Positions 30,536 through 40,425 are shown, counted from the stretch's first letter. The stretch: 64,000 nucleotides of DNA from Candidatus Heimdallarchaeota archaeon (GCA_020353515.1 CP070695.1:3288118-3352117), one strand, 5' to 3'. Made by a program: numbers and translations. Notes: generated by a model not told the origin, from the letters alone.

Positions 30536-31090
30536 TTAATCTTCAATCTCACCCTTATTTTCTTCTGAATTGCCGATATCTTCATCAATTTCGATTAGTG
30601 GAACATTGGCCTCAATTTGATCCCCTTCAGGAAAAAAAACGGTCTTTACTATTCCATCAAAAGGTGAAGCAATCTTATTCTCCATCTTCATTGCTTCTAT
30701 GATAATTAGATCTTGACCTTTTTTCACACGATCTCCAGGTTTAACCAATAATTTTACAATTCTACCTGGCATCGGACTAGATAAACTCCCTAGATCTTCT
30801 TCTGCTTCACCAAATTCTTCCTCAGCTTCACCTACTCTTTTTATTTCGTAATCTTCGCCATCTAGATGAATGAATCTGATATCACCATCTTTTGCAACAG
30901 AACATTTGTAAATGATATTTTCTAATGTAAACTGAAATTGACCCGTTCCAAGGATTTTTGCGCTGACTTGAAGTTCCTGTTCCTCTTTATCCTTCCTATT
31001 TATTACAATGACATAGGAATCATCGTCATTCCGTCGGAGACGAACTTCAAATCGCTGTTTACCGTCATCAAAATTAAAAACTTCGCTCAT
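30536..31090 (-). CDS. Biotin carboxyl carrier protein with N-terminal BT-like domain (C-terminal half of a split MCC alpha)
   Basis: SPMPGRIV...EAMKME biotinylation motif; beta-rich N-terminal domain. Confidence 0.88.
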   Translation of the reverse strand: MSEVFNFDDGKQRFEVRLRRNDDDSYVIVINRKDKEEQELQVSAKILGTGQFQFTLENIIYKCSVAKDGDIRFIHLDGEDYEIKRVGEAEEEFGEAEEDLGSLSSPMPGRIVKLLVKPGDRVKKGQDLIIIEAMKMENKIASPFDGIVKTVFFPEGDQIEANVPLIEIDEDIGNSEENKGEIED

Positions 31091-31098
31091 GCTTGCTC

Positions 31099-32799
31099 CT
31101 ACTTTTCATTCTCGTTAAGTTTCCATGAGCCTAGTCTTTTCCATGGAGAAAAAGGATCTGAATCAGGGAGGAATGAGGATCCAATATCTTTACCTTTAGC
31201 GGGAATAATCTTCTTGATAGCCTTCTTCCCTTTACCTAAGGTGCCAGTAATTTTGTCTGAGATGACATCAAGGCTTTCCCGACCCCATGTTCCCACTCTT
31301 CTCCAGATTACCGATGTGTGCTGATCAATACCATTTAGAACTGAAGATGAATCAGCTGTATTATTCGTAGTCATGAAAGGTTCCATAACCTCAAAAAGGG
31401 CTGCTGCTAATAAGACTTCATTTGGAGTTTCTTTAAGTTCTTTCCACTTGTAAAAATGAGCATCAATAAAATCTGTATGTGTATCACCAGAAAGAAAGTC
31501 GGGGTGATTGAGAACCTCTTTTAAGAAGGGGATATTCGTCTTTACACCTTGAGCAGTGTAATTGCGTAACGCCCAACGCATTTTTTGAATTGCTTCTTCT
31601 CGATTTTCTGAGTGAACAATCAATTTTGCTATCATAGGGTCATAAAAAGTCGAAACTTCCCCTCCTGAAGTAGGAATCCCTAAATCAGTGCGGATGTTTA
31701 CACCTACAGGAAATTGCATCTGATGAATTTTCCCTGCAGTGGGCATAAACTGTTTTTCTGGATTTTCAGCATAAATCCTGAATTCTAATGAGTGACCCCT
31801 GCTCAAAACTTCCTCTTGTTTTAGTGTAATCTCTTGACCGGCAGCAATTTTAATCTGCCATTTCACAAGATCGATTCCTGTTGTAGCTTCAGTAATTGCG
31901 TGTTCCACTTGTAATCGGGCATTAATTTCCATGAAGTAAAAGTTGTTTTCCTGATCAAGAATGAATTCCACAGAACCAGCATTGGTATAGTTTACTGCAC
32001 GAGCAGCTGCAATCGCTACTTCTCCCATTCGCTTCCTCAAATCGTCATCTAACGCCATTGAAGGGGTCTCTTCAATGATTTTCTGATGACGCCTTTGGAT
32101 TGAGCACTCCCGTTCATTTAAGTGAATAATATTCCCATAATGATCTCCTACTATTTGAAACTCGATATGCCGTATATGTTCAAAGTATTTTTCGAGAAAT
32201 ACATCCCCATTTCCGAAAGCAGCTTCAGCTTCTCGGCGTGCACTATCATACGAAGAAAAAAACTCTTCCTTGGTGTTGACAATTCGCATTCCCCGTCCCC
32301 CACCACCTGCAGTGGCTTTAATAAGTAGAGGAAAGCCAATCTCCTCAGCTTTTTTTAAGAGAAACTTCTTATTCCGAGATCCTCCATGATAGCCTGGAAT
32401 CACCGGAATATTTGCCGCTTCCATTGTTGTTTTAGCTTGAATCTTATCGCCTACAGCATGAAGAGCGTGTGGGGTTGGGCCAATCCAAATTAATCCAGCA
32501 TCAATTACTTTCTTGGCAAATTCGGCATTTTCCGACAAAAAACCATAACCAGGATGGATGGCTTCTGATCCACTCTCGAGAGCAATACTGATAATTTTTT
32601 TCATATTCAAGTAACTTTCAGATGGCGTAGGATCTCCAAGTGGATAAGCAAAATCCGCTGCGTGAACCTGAACAGCATCCTCATCAACATCAGAATAGAT
32701 AGCAACGGTTTCAATTCCCATCTCTTGAGCTGAGCCAATAACTCGACTGGCAATCTCTCCTCTATTAGCGATGAGAATCCTTTTAAACATAAAAATCAC
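31099..32799 (-). CDS. liuD: Biotin carboxylase (N-terminal half of a split MCC alpha)
   Basis: ANRGEIA, HPGYGFLSEN, GGGGRGM, RECSIQRRHQK, EINARLQVEH, YDPMIAKL; no biotinyl domain. Confidence 0.85.
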   Translation of the reverse strand: MIFMFKRILIANRGEIASRVIGSAQEMGIETVAIYSDVDEDAVQVHAADFAYPLGDPTPSESYLNMKKIISIALESGSEAIHPGYGFLSENAEFAKKVIDAGLIWIGPTPHALHAVGDKIQAKTTMEAANIPVIPGYHGGSRNKKFLLKKAEEIGFPLLIKATAGGGGRGMRIVNTKEEFFSSYDSARREAEAAFGNGDVFLEKYFEHIRHIEFQIVGDHYGNIIHLNERECSIQRRHQKIIEETPSMALDDDLRKRMGEVAIAAARAVNYTNAGSVEFILDQENNFYFMEINARLQVEHAITEATTGIDLVKWQIKIAAGQEITLKQEEVLSRGHSLEFRIYAENPEKQFMPTAGKIHQMQFPVGVNIRTDLGIPTSGGEVSTFYDPMIAKLIVHSENREEAIQKMRWALRNYTAQGVKTNIPFLKEVLNHPDFLSGDTHTDFIDAHFYKWKELKETPNEVLLAAALFEVMEPFMTTNNTADSSSVLNGIDQHTSVIWRRVGTWGRESLDVISDKITGTLGKGKKAIKKIIPAKGKDIGSSFLPDSDPFSPWKRLGSWKLNENEK

Positions 32800-33372
32800 A
32801 ATGTTATTTTTCTGAGCTGAGGATTAGCCCTTTACTAATAGTCTACTGAGTTAGGACGGGAGGAAAATCATTCTGGGATCTCCACAAATGGGAGTTCCTT
32901 ATATGCTCCTAAAAATAACCATTCGTGAGGGATAAATAAAGGTTTGCTCATACATACGACCTATATGGGTTCAACCTGTAGTCATCATATGGGTGAAGAA
33001 ATGAAATTACCCATTCTCTATTCACAGAGTCAATTTGTTCACATTCAAGAATTTGAATTCGATGATGGAATTTTTGTTAAAAAGAGGTTAATCATGCTTA
33101 AAATTTTGAAAAAAATCAAAAATCTATGATTTTGGATTGAAGCATAGAATACTTCATATACATTAATTCTCACTAGAAGCTTCAATATACATTTACTATT
33201 AATATACTTTGTAATCTCCCTCAATTTCTGCAATAACATCGATTCTAGGTGTTAATTGCATAGTAGTAACAAACAAAGGGTGTGTAGTGATCATTAATCC
33301 TTTATGGATATGAAGTTACTAAGCAAAGTTCTGCAAAGTAAAAATATAATAAGGAGTCTGATCTAAAAGTAA

Positions 33373-34272
33373 GTGAACATCATGGCACAGATAGAATTAG
33401 ATCTTTTTCTGGTAATTCTCCAACAGATCTGTTGGGGTAGTCTAATATCTGGATTAATTATTTTCTTCTTAACACTCATCCTTCAAGGGAGTCATCTATT
33501 CCAACATGGACCTGATGTAGATCATGATTTTGATCATGATGTTTCTCTTGATCATGATGTGTCTGTAGATCATGGAATTTCTTTGGATAAGGACTTCTCT
33601 TTAGACCATGATGTATCTCTAGATCATGGGATATCTTTAGACAAGGACTTCTCTTTAGATCATGATGTATCTCTAGACCATGGGATATCTTTAGATAAAG
33701 AATTTTCTTTAGATCATGATGTGTCTGTAGATGTTGACGCGGACATTGATACTGATCTAGATATTGACCATGATGCTAGCGTTGGAGTTGACAAGCATCT
33801 AGGTATAGATGATCATGGTGTAGACACTCCAGCGCCATTAATGCTCTTATTAGGTACGTTTATGATAACCTTTGGGGGTTCAGGTACAGTTCTAATAGAG
33901 GCTGCTATTCATCCCCTCATTTTGATCGTAATCATCTTTGGATTACCTTTTGGTACCACTTATGCTGTTTCTAAGATCTGGGAGAAAATTGCTGTCGCAG
34001 AAATTTATGAGACCGCCTTAGAAACAATAAAGGCTGATGATCCCGTCAAAACACTGACAACTGTTGATGAAAAGGGGGGTCTTGTGGTGATTGAAACCTC
34101 CTCAATTCATGGACCTGTCAAAATGGCTGCCAAAACTAAATTTGGAGCTATTGCCAGAGGTATGACAGCTTATGTTATTGAAGTCCAGGGAAACACACTA
34201 ATAATCGATGAGTGGTCTTCGACAGAAACAGAAAAAAAACATATTCCTGAAGGTACCGTAAAATGGGAGTAA
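33373..34272 (+). CDS. NfeD/YqiJ-like flotillin partner membrane protein with His/Asp-rich repeat
   Basis: TM segment, D/H-rich region, two further TM segments, C-terminal OB-like segment (GGLVVIE...AYVIEVQGNTLIIDE); lies directly upstream of a flotillin gene. Confidence 0.72.
   Translation: MNIMAQIELDLFLVILQQICWGSLISGLIIFFLTLILQGSHLFQHGPDVDHDFDHDVSLDHDVSVDHGISLDKDFSLDHDVSLDHGISLDKDFSLDHDVSLDHGISLDKEFSLDHDVSVDVDADIDTDLDIDHDASVGVDKHLGIDDHGVDTPAPLMLLLGTFMITFGGSGTVLIEAAIHPLILIVIIFGLPFGTTYAVSKIWEKIAVAEIYETALETIKADDPVKTLTTVDEKGGLVVIETSSIHGPVKMAAKTKFGAIARGMTAYVIEVQGNTLIIDEWSSTETEKKHIPEGTVKWE
33532..33729 (+). repeat. In-frame tandem repeat: 11 x 18 bp with a 54-bp higher-order unit x3
   Basis: Encodes DHDVSL-DHDVSV-DHGISL-DKDFSL-DHDVSL-DHGISL-DKDFSL-DHDVSL-DHGISL-DKEFSL-DHDVSV. 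Confidence 0.92.
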
Positions 34273-34295
34273 AATCAATTCAAAATGAATTGTAG

Positions 34296-35594
34296 GTGAA
34301 AAAAGTGAAAAAAGAATTAATATATATTGGCGGTTTGTTTATTAGTTTTGTTATTGTAGCGATAGTTATCATGCTTTATTTTCCTCAATTAATACCTTAT
34401 ATCGGAATCGCATTCGTTTTTTTGTTTTTATTGTTTCTATTCTTTATTATATTCTATATCTCTCGCTTTAAGAAATTTAAAACCAATGAATATGTGATTC
34501 ATTTCCGACGTGGACAAGTTAAACGAGCTGGTACAGGTGGGACAGTAATCCTTTGGCCTGTCTTTGATGAAGTAGTAGTTATTCCTACTACTGTTCAACA
34601 AACCCTATTAGAAGCTCGTGAAAAAGTTGTCTCTTACGAATATCAAGATGTTGCATTAACCGCATTCGTATATTGGAGAGTTACAAATCCCGAGATCTCC
34701 TTTTCAAAAGTTAGTTGGAACCCTGCACGAACAGATTATGTTGAAAAAGCAATCAAAAATGCCACCGAGGCAATCATTCGAACAACATGTGCAAATATGA
34801 AAATAGAGCAGATTATTCGGAATCGTGCAGAGATTATTAAGAATGTAACAACGGAACTCCATGCTCTTGCTGGAGATTGGGGTGTTACAATTGAATCTAT
34901 TGAAATTCGAGATGTTGAGGTTCTTGATGAACGACTTAAGGATAATCTAGAAGCTGTGAAAAAGATCGAAGAGGCCCAAAACGCGCAACTTCGGCAAGCT
35001 GAAATGGAAGAACTCGTTCAACTTCGTAATCTCGATGTACGCCAAAAAACAGGGATGTCAGATCAGGAGGTAAAACTTTCCATTGAATCGAAAGCCAAGA
35101 ACAGAGAAATACAAATTGCTCAATTAGAACAAGAACGAGCAATAATTGCAGCGGAAACAGAGAGAAGGCAAAAACAAATCGAGGCAGAAGCAGAGAAATT
35201 CTTACGTGTCACACAAGAAGTAGGAGTCGAAGCAGAACGTATCCGTCAACAGGCAGAAGCACGTAAAGATCAATTACTTGCTGAAGCGGAAGGTGAAGCA
35301 GCTAAAATAACCCAAACTCAAGTTGCTTTAGCCAAAGGTATTCTTGAACAAGCAAAAGCGTTAAGTCAAGCTGATGAGAAGTACATCCAGTTAAGGACGT
35401 TAGATATGCTTCCTGAAGTCTTTAAAAATATTAACGTAGATCGAATGATACTATTAGGAGAAGGTCAAGATGCCTATAAATCAGTGGCCCAAATGATTCT
35501 CCCATTCATGGAACTAGCTAAAGAAGTGGGATTAACAGGAAAATTAACCGAAGGTAATCCTAATCCTGAGAAGCAAAAACGAAAACGAAGTTAA
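34296..35594 (+). CDS. Flotillin-like SPFH/band-7 protein
   Basis: Two N-terminal TM segments, SPFH domain (WGVTIESIEIRDV), Ala/Glu-rich coiled coil (AEAEK, AEAEGEAA). Confidence 0.9.
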   Translation: MKKVKKELIYIGGLFISFVIVAIVIMLYFPQLIPYIGIAFVFLFLLFLFFIIFYISRFKKFKTNEYVIHFRRGQVKRAGTGGTVILWPVFDEVVVIPTTVQQTLLEAREKVVSYEYQDVALTAFVYWRVTNPEISFSKVSWNPARTDYVEKAIKNATEAIIRTTCANMKIEQIIRNRAEIIKNVTTELHALAGDWGVTIESIEIRDVEVLDERLKDNLEAVKKIEEAQNAQLRQAEMEELVQLRNLDVRQKTGMSDQEVKLSIESKAKNREIQIAQLEQERAIIAAETERRQKQIEAEAEKFLRVTQEVGVEAERIRQQAEARKDQLLAEAEGEAAKITQTQVALAKGILEQAKALSQADEKYIQLRTLDMLPEVFKNINVDRMILLGEGQDAYKSVAQMILPFMELAKEVGLTGKLTEGNPNPEKQKRKRS

Positions 35595-35623
35595 TTCAAG
35601 TTAAACGATATCAGGGAGGGAGT

Positions 35624-36649
35624 TTAACGAACATCTCCAAAAAGCATGTTTCTAGATATCCTTATTGACTCTTTTCTTTTTCTCATTCGTGAGAAACCAC
35701 CCTCGATCCAACTCTTTGCTTCTCCTTCTCTATCAATTTTTTTATAAATGGAACCAATAGTCAACCAGAGCACAGAATCATCTCGGAGCTGGTTTGCTCG
35801 GATATAGAATTCTATAGCTTTTTCGTATTCAAGTGTTTGCTTTGAACTGAGAGCTTTCCAATAAAAAAGATTACCAATCCTTACCAAAATGGAAGGCTCC
35901 ACGATTTCTCGTACAGTCTCTTTATCTTCCCCATCTAAACGTGCAAGAATCTTCTCATATCTAGAAATTTGTGGTAAAATTTTGATGAAGTCCTCTGCTT
36001 TTATAGTAGGACGCATATAGAAAGCTCCCTCTAGTATGGGGGTATCTGTAAATACCATTAATTCATCTAATATTTTTTCCATGGATGTTTGAACTTGTGT
36101 AATATCACGAATTATTGCTGAAAGAATTTGAGAACGATCATGAACGACTTTTAGTCGTTCTAGATCAGCTGTAGATCGTTTAATTGCCTGTGGAGTGCTT
36201 GCACCTTCCCTGGTGGCGACAACACTTTCAATATTCGTATAAAATTCTTTAATGAACTCAGCTGACAGATCATCTTGCATTTTTACGGATTTGAGAGTTC
36301 TTGTGATTACTTGTTCAATTACTTCATAACTTGCTAGTACTCTCTGCTTTGTTTCACGGGTAAACAGAAGAAAAAGAGTACAGTACCGGCCAGCGGCTTG
36401 AATGCGAGGATCCGCAGATGAAATAGCAGAAACGAGGAACGGATAGGCTAAAGCTAATTCCTTACGACCTGGTACTGGAAAGGAACCATGAAGTTGATTT
36501 AATTGATCTTGACTCTCACCTAGACCGAGCGCTGTCATAAGACTGATGCTTAATTTCATTGCACTGGTATCATCTAGTTTTGAGAGGTTAATCTCAGTCA
36601 TTGGCCCTGTGTCCGCCATTACTGTTAGTATTATCCCTTCAAAGAGCAT
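35624..36649 (-). CDS. uDENN/longin-like N-terminal domain plus C-terminal TPR protein
   Basis: IILTVMADTGP...HGSFPVP...LAYPFLV...DPRI...GRYCTLFLLF; TPR-like IGNLFY...YEKAIEFYIRANQL...LWLTIGSIYKK. Confidence 0.55.
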   Translation of the reverse strand: MLFEGIILTVMADTGPMTEINLSKLDDTSAMKLSISLMTALGLGESQDQLNQLHGSFPVPGRKELALAYPFLVSAISSADPRIQAAGRYCTLFLLFTRETKQRVLASYEVIEQVITRTLKSVKMQDDLSAEFIKEFYTNIESVVATREGASTPQAIKRSTADLERLKVVHDRSQILSAIIRDITQVQTSMEKILDELMVFTDTPILEGAFYMRPTIKAEDFIKILPQISRYEKILARLDGEDKETVREIVEPSILVRIGNLFYWKALSSKQTLEYEKAIEFYIRANQLRDDSVLWLTIGSIYKKIDREGEAKSWIEGGFSRMRKRKESIRISRNMLFGDVR

Positions 36650-37002
36650 ACTTACACCAGATTGAACTACGTAATCTTGATGGATATAACGATTGATTAT
36701 TCTAAGCTCTCATATACTTAATATATCGTTAATAAGTTGCCTCAATTTTCTTCTAGTTCTGATTCACCTTTCTGTTGCTAAAACTATAATCATACAAGAT
36801 CAATTAAAAATGTTTGCAATTAATTTATTCGATTATGGAATCAAATCTTTGATGTACAGAATACCTTAAAAATTCCACCAATCTATGATTGGAATATCTA
36901 TCTCCTTTTTTATGACATAAAGGGAAATAATTTCAATTCACGTCCAATTAAAAGTACAAAAATGAAGCTTCTAATCATCTTCAAGAAATATTTTTCTTTT
37001 TG

Positions 37003-38568
37003 TTAGTTTATCCTTTTCTTTATTTTATCATCTTTTCGTGGAGGACTGGGTAAGTCTCTTTCGATCCTTCTGAGCCTTTTACGCGAAAAATCAGCAAGTG
37101 CACGGTTAAACGACGCTTGATCTGTTGTTATTCGCTCATAACTACCGATTGTGGGTGAATATAACGATTTAACATCTAATTGAAAATTATTTATCAAATT
37201 CCATGAATTACGAATAGCAATTAGATCATAGAGGTAGTACGCAGCATCCATCAATTCAATAACGCGTTTCTTGGTTTCTAAATCTAACTCGAAAACTCTA
37301 GGGCGATTTAGAATCTCTAAAAGAACCTGAATAAGTTCAACAATTTCAGTAAGGTCAATTTGGGTAGATTCTTTTTTCTCAAAAAATGTGATTAATAAGT
37401 TAAATTCGGTTATCAATCTATCTAATTGATGTTTCAACAATTGAGTGCTTCTTATAAACTTTCTCTTATCTAATTTTCGTATTAACAGCTTTATGTTACG
37501 AAGAGACGCCTCGGGTTTGGAGGTTTTGAAACCTATGCGCTTTAAAAATCGTGCCAACCTTCCATCTACCCGTAACTGTCCTGACATTTCCTTAATTGAA
37601 CTGATTCCTTGCTCTTGATGCCTTTCTAATATCTCCTTTATGAAGGTTGTATTGATATCGTCGGCATCATCTAGAGCAGAAAGGAGAAAATATGCCTCGA
37701 GCATACGAGTAGGGTCTTCTATCTTTTGAACATTTTTTCGTAAAAACGATCCTAATACCAGACGATCACTCTCTGATAGAAGATCAAGCTTCCCTAAACG
37801 ATGTACAAGAAAACAAAAAGAGATCACGGAATCTTCTATAATGGACGAGTCTATTCCTTCTTGAATCATTTTAAAGACAAATTCCGAGACTAAATTTTCT
37901 AATTCTTCGTTTGGCCCTATTAATAAGGTTGAGAGATCCATTAATGTGCTTAAATCATTAATTTCCTCACGTGTATTTGTAAACTTCTTTACTAACTGAG
38001 TTATTTCGTTTTTTCCTACTGCATCGACTCTCTTTATGAATTCAAATTCCTTTAGTACGCTATAAACGGTTGTTGGCACTTGATCCTCGACTGTGAGCTC
38101 AGATAAAACTTGTTGAGATGATCCGTGGCCTTGAAGACTTCCCTCTATGATTCCAATCAATAACTCCTCTGGGATCTCTTCTTGACTCTCTTTAGCGAGA
38201 CTATAAGCGAGAGGAATCGAAATTTTTTGAAGAAGAGACTCAACATTATCTAATTTAGTTAATATCTGTTGATGCTCATTACTCAATTTTTGAGCACTAT
38301 TAATAATCAACTGATCTAAGTCTTTACGAGGAGAATAAGCAGCTAATTCTTCATGGATTATCTTGCGAACTTCTTCTAAATTATCTGGACTTAATTTCTT
38401 TTTGAGAAAATCTTTACCGAATTTTTTCTCCATTTTACTATCTAATCTGTCAATTAGGAAAGATTTTGCCAGCTTTTTCTTTGCCATATTCGCAGTATAA
38501 TCTGTAACGACCTGTCTCACCAAAGCAAAAACTGTTAGTCCAACAAAAGGTAAGAACGGGACAACCAC
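37003..38568 (-). CDS. Large alpha-helical hypothetical protein
   Basis: 521-aa ORF rich in Leu/Glu/Lys with a hydrophobic N-terminus; no motif recognised. Confidence 0.6.
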   Translation of the reverse strand: MVVPFLPFVGLTVFALVRQVVTDYTANMAKKKLAKSFLIDRLDSKMEKKFGKDFLKKKLSPDNLEEVRKIIHEELAAYSPRKDLDQLIINSAQKLSNEHQQILTKLDNVESLLQKISIPLAYSLAKESQEEIPEELLIGIIEGSLQGHGSSQQVLSELTVEDQVPTTVYSVLKEFEFIKRVDAVGKNEITQLVKKFTNTREEINDLSTLMDLSTLLIGPNEELENLVSEFVFKMIQEGIDSSIIEDSVISFCFLVHRLGKLDLLSESDRLVLGSFLRKNVQKIEDPTRMLEAYFLLSALDDADDINTTFIKEILERHQEQGISSIKEMSGQLRVDGRLARFLKRIGFKTSKPEASLRNIKLLIRKLDKRKFIRSTQLLKHQLDRLITEFNLLITFFEKKESTQIDLTEIVELIQVLLEILNRPRVFELDLETKKRVIELMDAAYYLYDLIAIRNSWNLINNFQLDVKSLYSPTIGSYERITTDQASFNRALADFSRKRLRRIERDLPSPPRKDDKIKKRIN

Positions 38569-38644
38569 AACTTCTCACTAAGGAACATTATATGAAAATC
38601 ATTTTAAAATATATTCGATTCTGTCATGCATAAGTCATAATTCT

Positions 38645-39595
38645 TTGTATCTGTCTATTGATCTGGTTCTTTTCAATTCTCATGATCATGAAAAAGATTT
38701 AGACTGTTTTCAGAGGAGTTTACTCATGAAAAAGCTTTCAGTTCAAGACTTATGGACCCGAGTCATTCTCTTTTTCGCTATCTGTGTAATTTTAATCTTC
38801 AGTTTTCAAATATTTGCATTACGGATAGCCCGAGAAATCTTAAATAATGGCAATCCTTTCCCCTCAATCTTAGAGATTAATATTGTTCGTGCAATAAATG
38901 GGGTTGTTGGTATAGGCCTAGTCTACGTTTTTCTACAATTCGATAGACAAAAACTGGATTCTGCAGGTTTCTCATGGAATAGAGAATTAGGATGGGAATG
39001 GATCCTCGTTAGTATTCCAATTACAATTGCTGGACTTATTCCTACTGTATTAATTGAGTGGTTTTTTGATATTATAATTATTCCAAGTGAGATTGTTGAG
39101 AACCCTGCATTACTTCTTGATCCAATTGGTATAATCTTGACTTTTATTGTAACGATATTTTGCATCGCGCTCGGAGAAGAGATTCTATTCCGAGGTTATC
39201 TTCAAACTATCTTAGAAACTCAATACTCATTCTTATTTGCAGCTGTAGTTTCAGCCTTATTATTTGGTTTGCTCCACTTTTTTCTATTAGCTCCTGGAGG
39301 AGACTTGGAAGATATGTTTGCGATTCTTTTCAGTGCATTTGCAATCGGTTTGACCTTTTCCTATGCATTCAAAACTACAAAATATAATTTAATCCTCCCA
39401 GTAGCAATACATGGAGTTTGGGACTTTTTAATCTTTTTATTTCAAGCAGAATTCGAATATGAGGATTTTTTTGCTGCATCTATGGAAATCTTAGCCTCTA
39501 TTGTCGGAGCTGTAATTATTTTCATTCTTATTTACTTCTATACAAATAAACGTCTTGCATTAGTAATGACTGATGAAGACGAATCCTTTGAATAA
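38645..39595 (+). CDS. CPBP (Abi/CAAX type II) intramembrane metalloprotease
   Basis: GEEILFRGY, LFGLLH, AIHGVWD; multiple TM segments; the true start is probably the downstream ATG (MKKLSV). Confidence 0.9.
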   Translation: MYLSIDLVLFNSHDHEKDLDCFQRSLLMKKLSVQDLWTRVILFFAICVILIFSFQIFALRIAREILNNGNPFPSILEINIVRAINGVVGIGLVYVFLQFDRQKLDSAGFSWNRELGWEWILVSIPITIAGLIPTVLIEWFFDIIIIPSEIVENPALLLDPIGIILTFIVTIFCIALGEEILFRGYLQTILETQYSFLFAAVVSALLFGLLHFFLLAPGGDLEDMFAILFSAFAIGLTFSYAFKTTKYNLILPVAIHGVWDFLIFLFQAEFEYEDFFAASMEILASIVGAVIIFILIYFYTNKRLALVMTDEDESFE

Positions 39596-40418
39596 GTTTG
39601 GTTCATTTATGAAGCCAACGCAAGTTTCGCTAATTCAGATGGATATCGAATTTGGAGAAAAGAAGGCCAATCACAAGAAAGGAAATTTACTAATAGAAAA
39701 GGCATTTTCTCAAGCCCTTCCTGAGCTCCCGCATATTATTTGTTTGCCTGAGCTATTTTCCACTGGTTATGATCTTGATAATGTTCAGAAACATGCAGAA
39801 CAAATTCCTGATGGGAGAACTACCTCTTTTCTTCAACAAATGGCTAAAGAATTCTCAGCAGTCATCGTTGCGAGCTTTATTGAAGTAGAAAGAAAAAATT
39901 ATTACAATACAGCTGTAGTCATTGATGATACAGGATTTTTTTTAGGTAAATATCGAAAAATTCATCTGTTTCCACCTATGAATGAACCAGAGATCTTCTC
40001 AATTGGCGGATTTCTTCAGGAAAAACTTTCTTTCAAAACAAAGAGCGGAAATTTAGGTCTACTAATTTGTTATGACTTGAGATTTCCAGAACTGAGTCGT
40101 CGTGTGACCTTGAATGGAAATGCAGATATTTTAGCGTATCTTGCTGAATTTCCCCATCCGAAATATGAAGTTTGGACAAGATTACTTCAAGCACGAGCAA
40201 TTGAAAATCAACTTTTCGTATGTGGAGTAAACCGTGTAGGTAGTGACCGCAACTTCCAATATTTTGGTCATTCAGTTATCTATGACCCTAGTGGGAATAT
40301 TCTCATAGAAGGAACAGACCAGGAAGAAGTTCTTACAGCGCAACTCGATCCATCAGTGTTAAATAAGGTTCGATCTGTGCTCCCCTCCCTGGAACACAGA
40401 CGACCAGATCATTATTGA
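39573..40418 (+). CDS. Carbon-nitrogen hydrolase (nitrilase/omega-amidase family)
   Basis: LPELFSTGY, YRKIHLF, ICYDLRFPE, ARAIENQ. Confidence 0.9.
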   Translation: MKTNPLNKFGSFMKPTQVSLIQMDIEFGEKKANHKKGNLLIEKAFSQALPELPHIICLPELFSTGYDLDNVQKHAEQIPDGRTTSFLQQMAKEFSAVIVASFIEVERKNYYNTAVVIDDTGFFLGKYRKIHLFPPMNEPEIFSIGGFLQEKLSFKTKSGNLGLLICYDLRFPELSRRVTLNGNADILAYLAEFPHPKYEVWTRLLQARAIENQLFVCGVNRVGSDRNFQYFGHSVIYDPSGNILIEGTDQEEVLTAQLDPSVLNKVRSVLPSLEHRRPDHY

Positions 40419-40425
40419 AATCTCT

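Noticed and set aside
32855-32900. GGGAGGAAAATC resembling the RNase P RNA GAGGAAAGUCC motif
   Set aside because: Imperfect match, no downstream P4 partner seen, and the region is too AT-rich
32955-32990. GGGTTCAA T-loop-like motif as a possible tRNA
   Set aside because: No acceptor, D or anticodon arms could be built around it
33532-33729. Tandem repeat as a possible CRISPR array
   Set aside because: No unique spacers, unit length is a multiple of 3, it lies in frame within a CDS, and there are no cas genes
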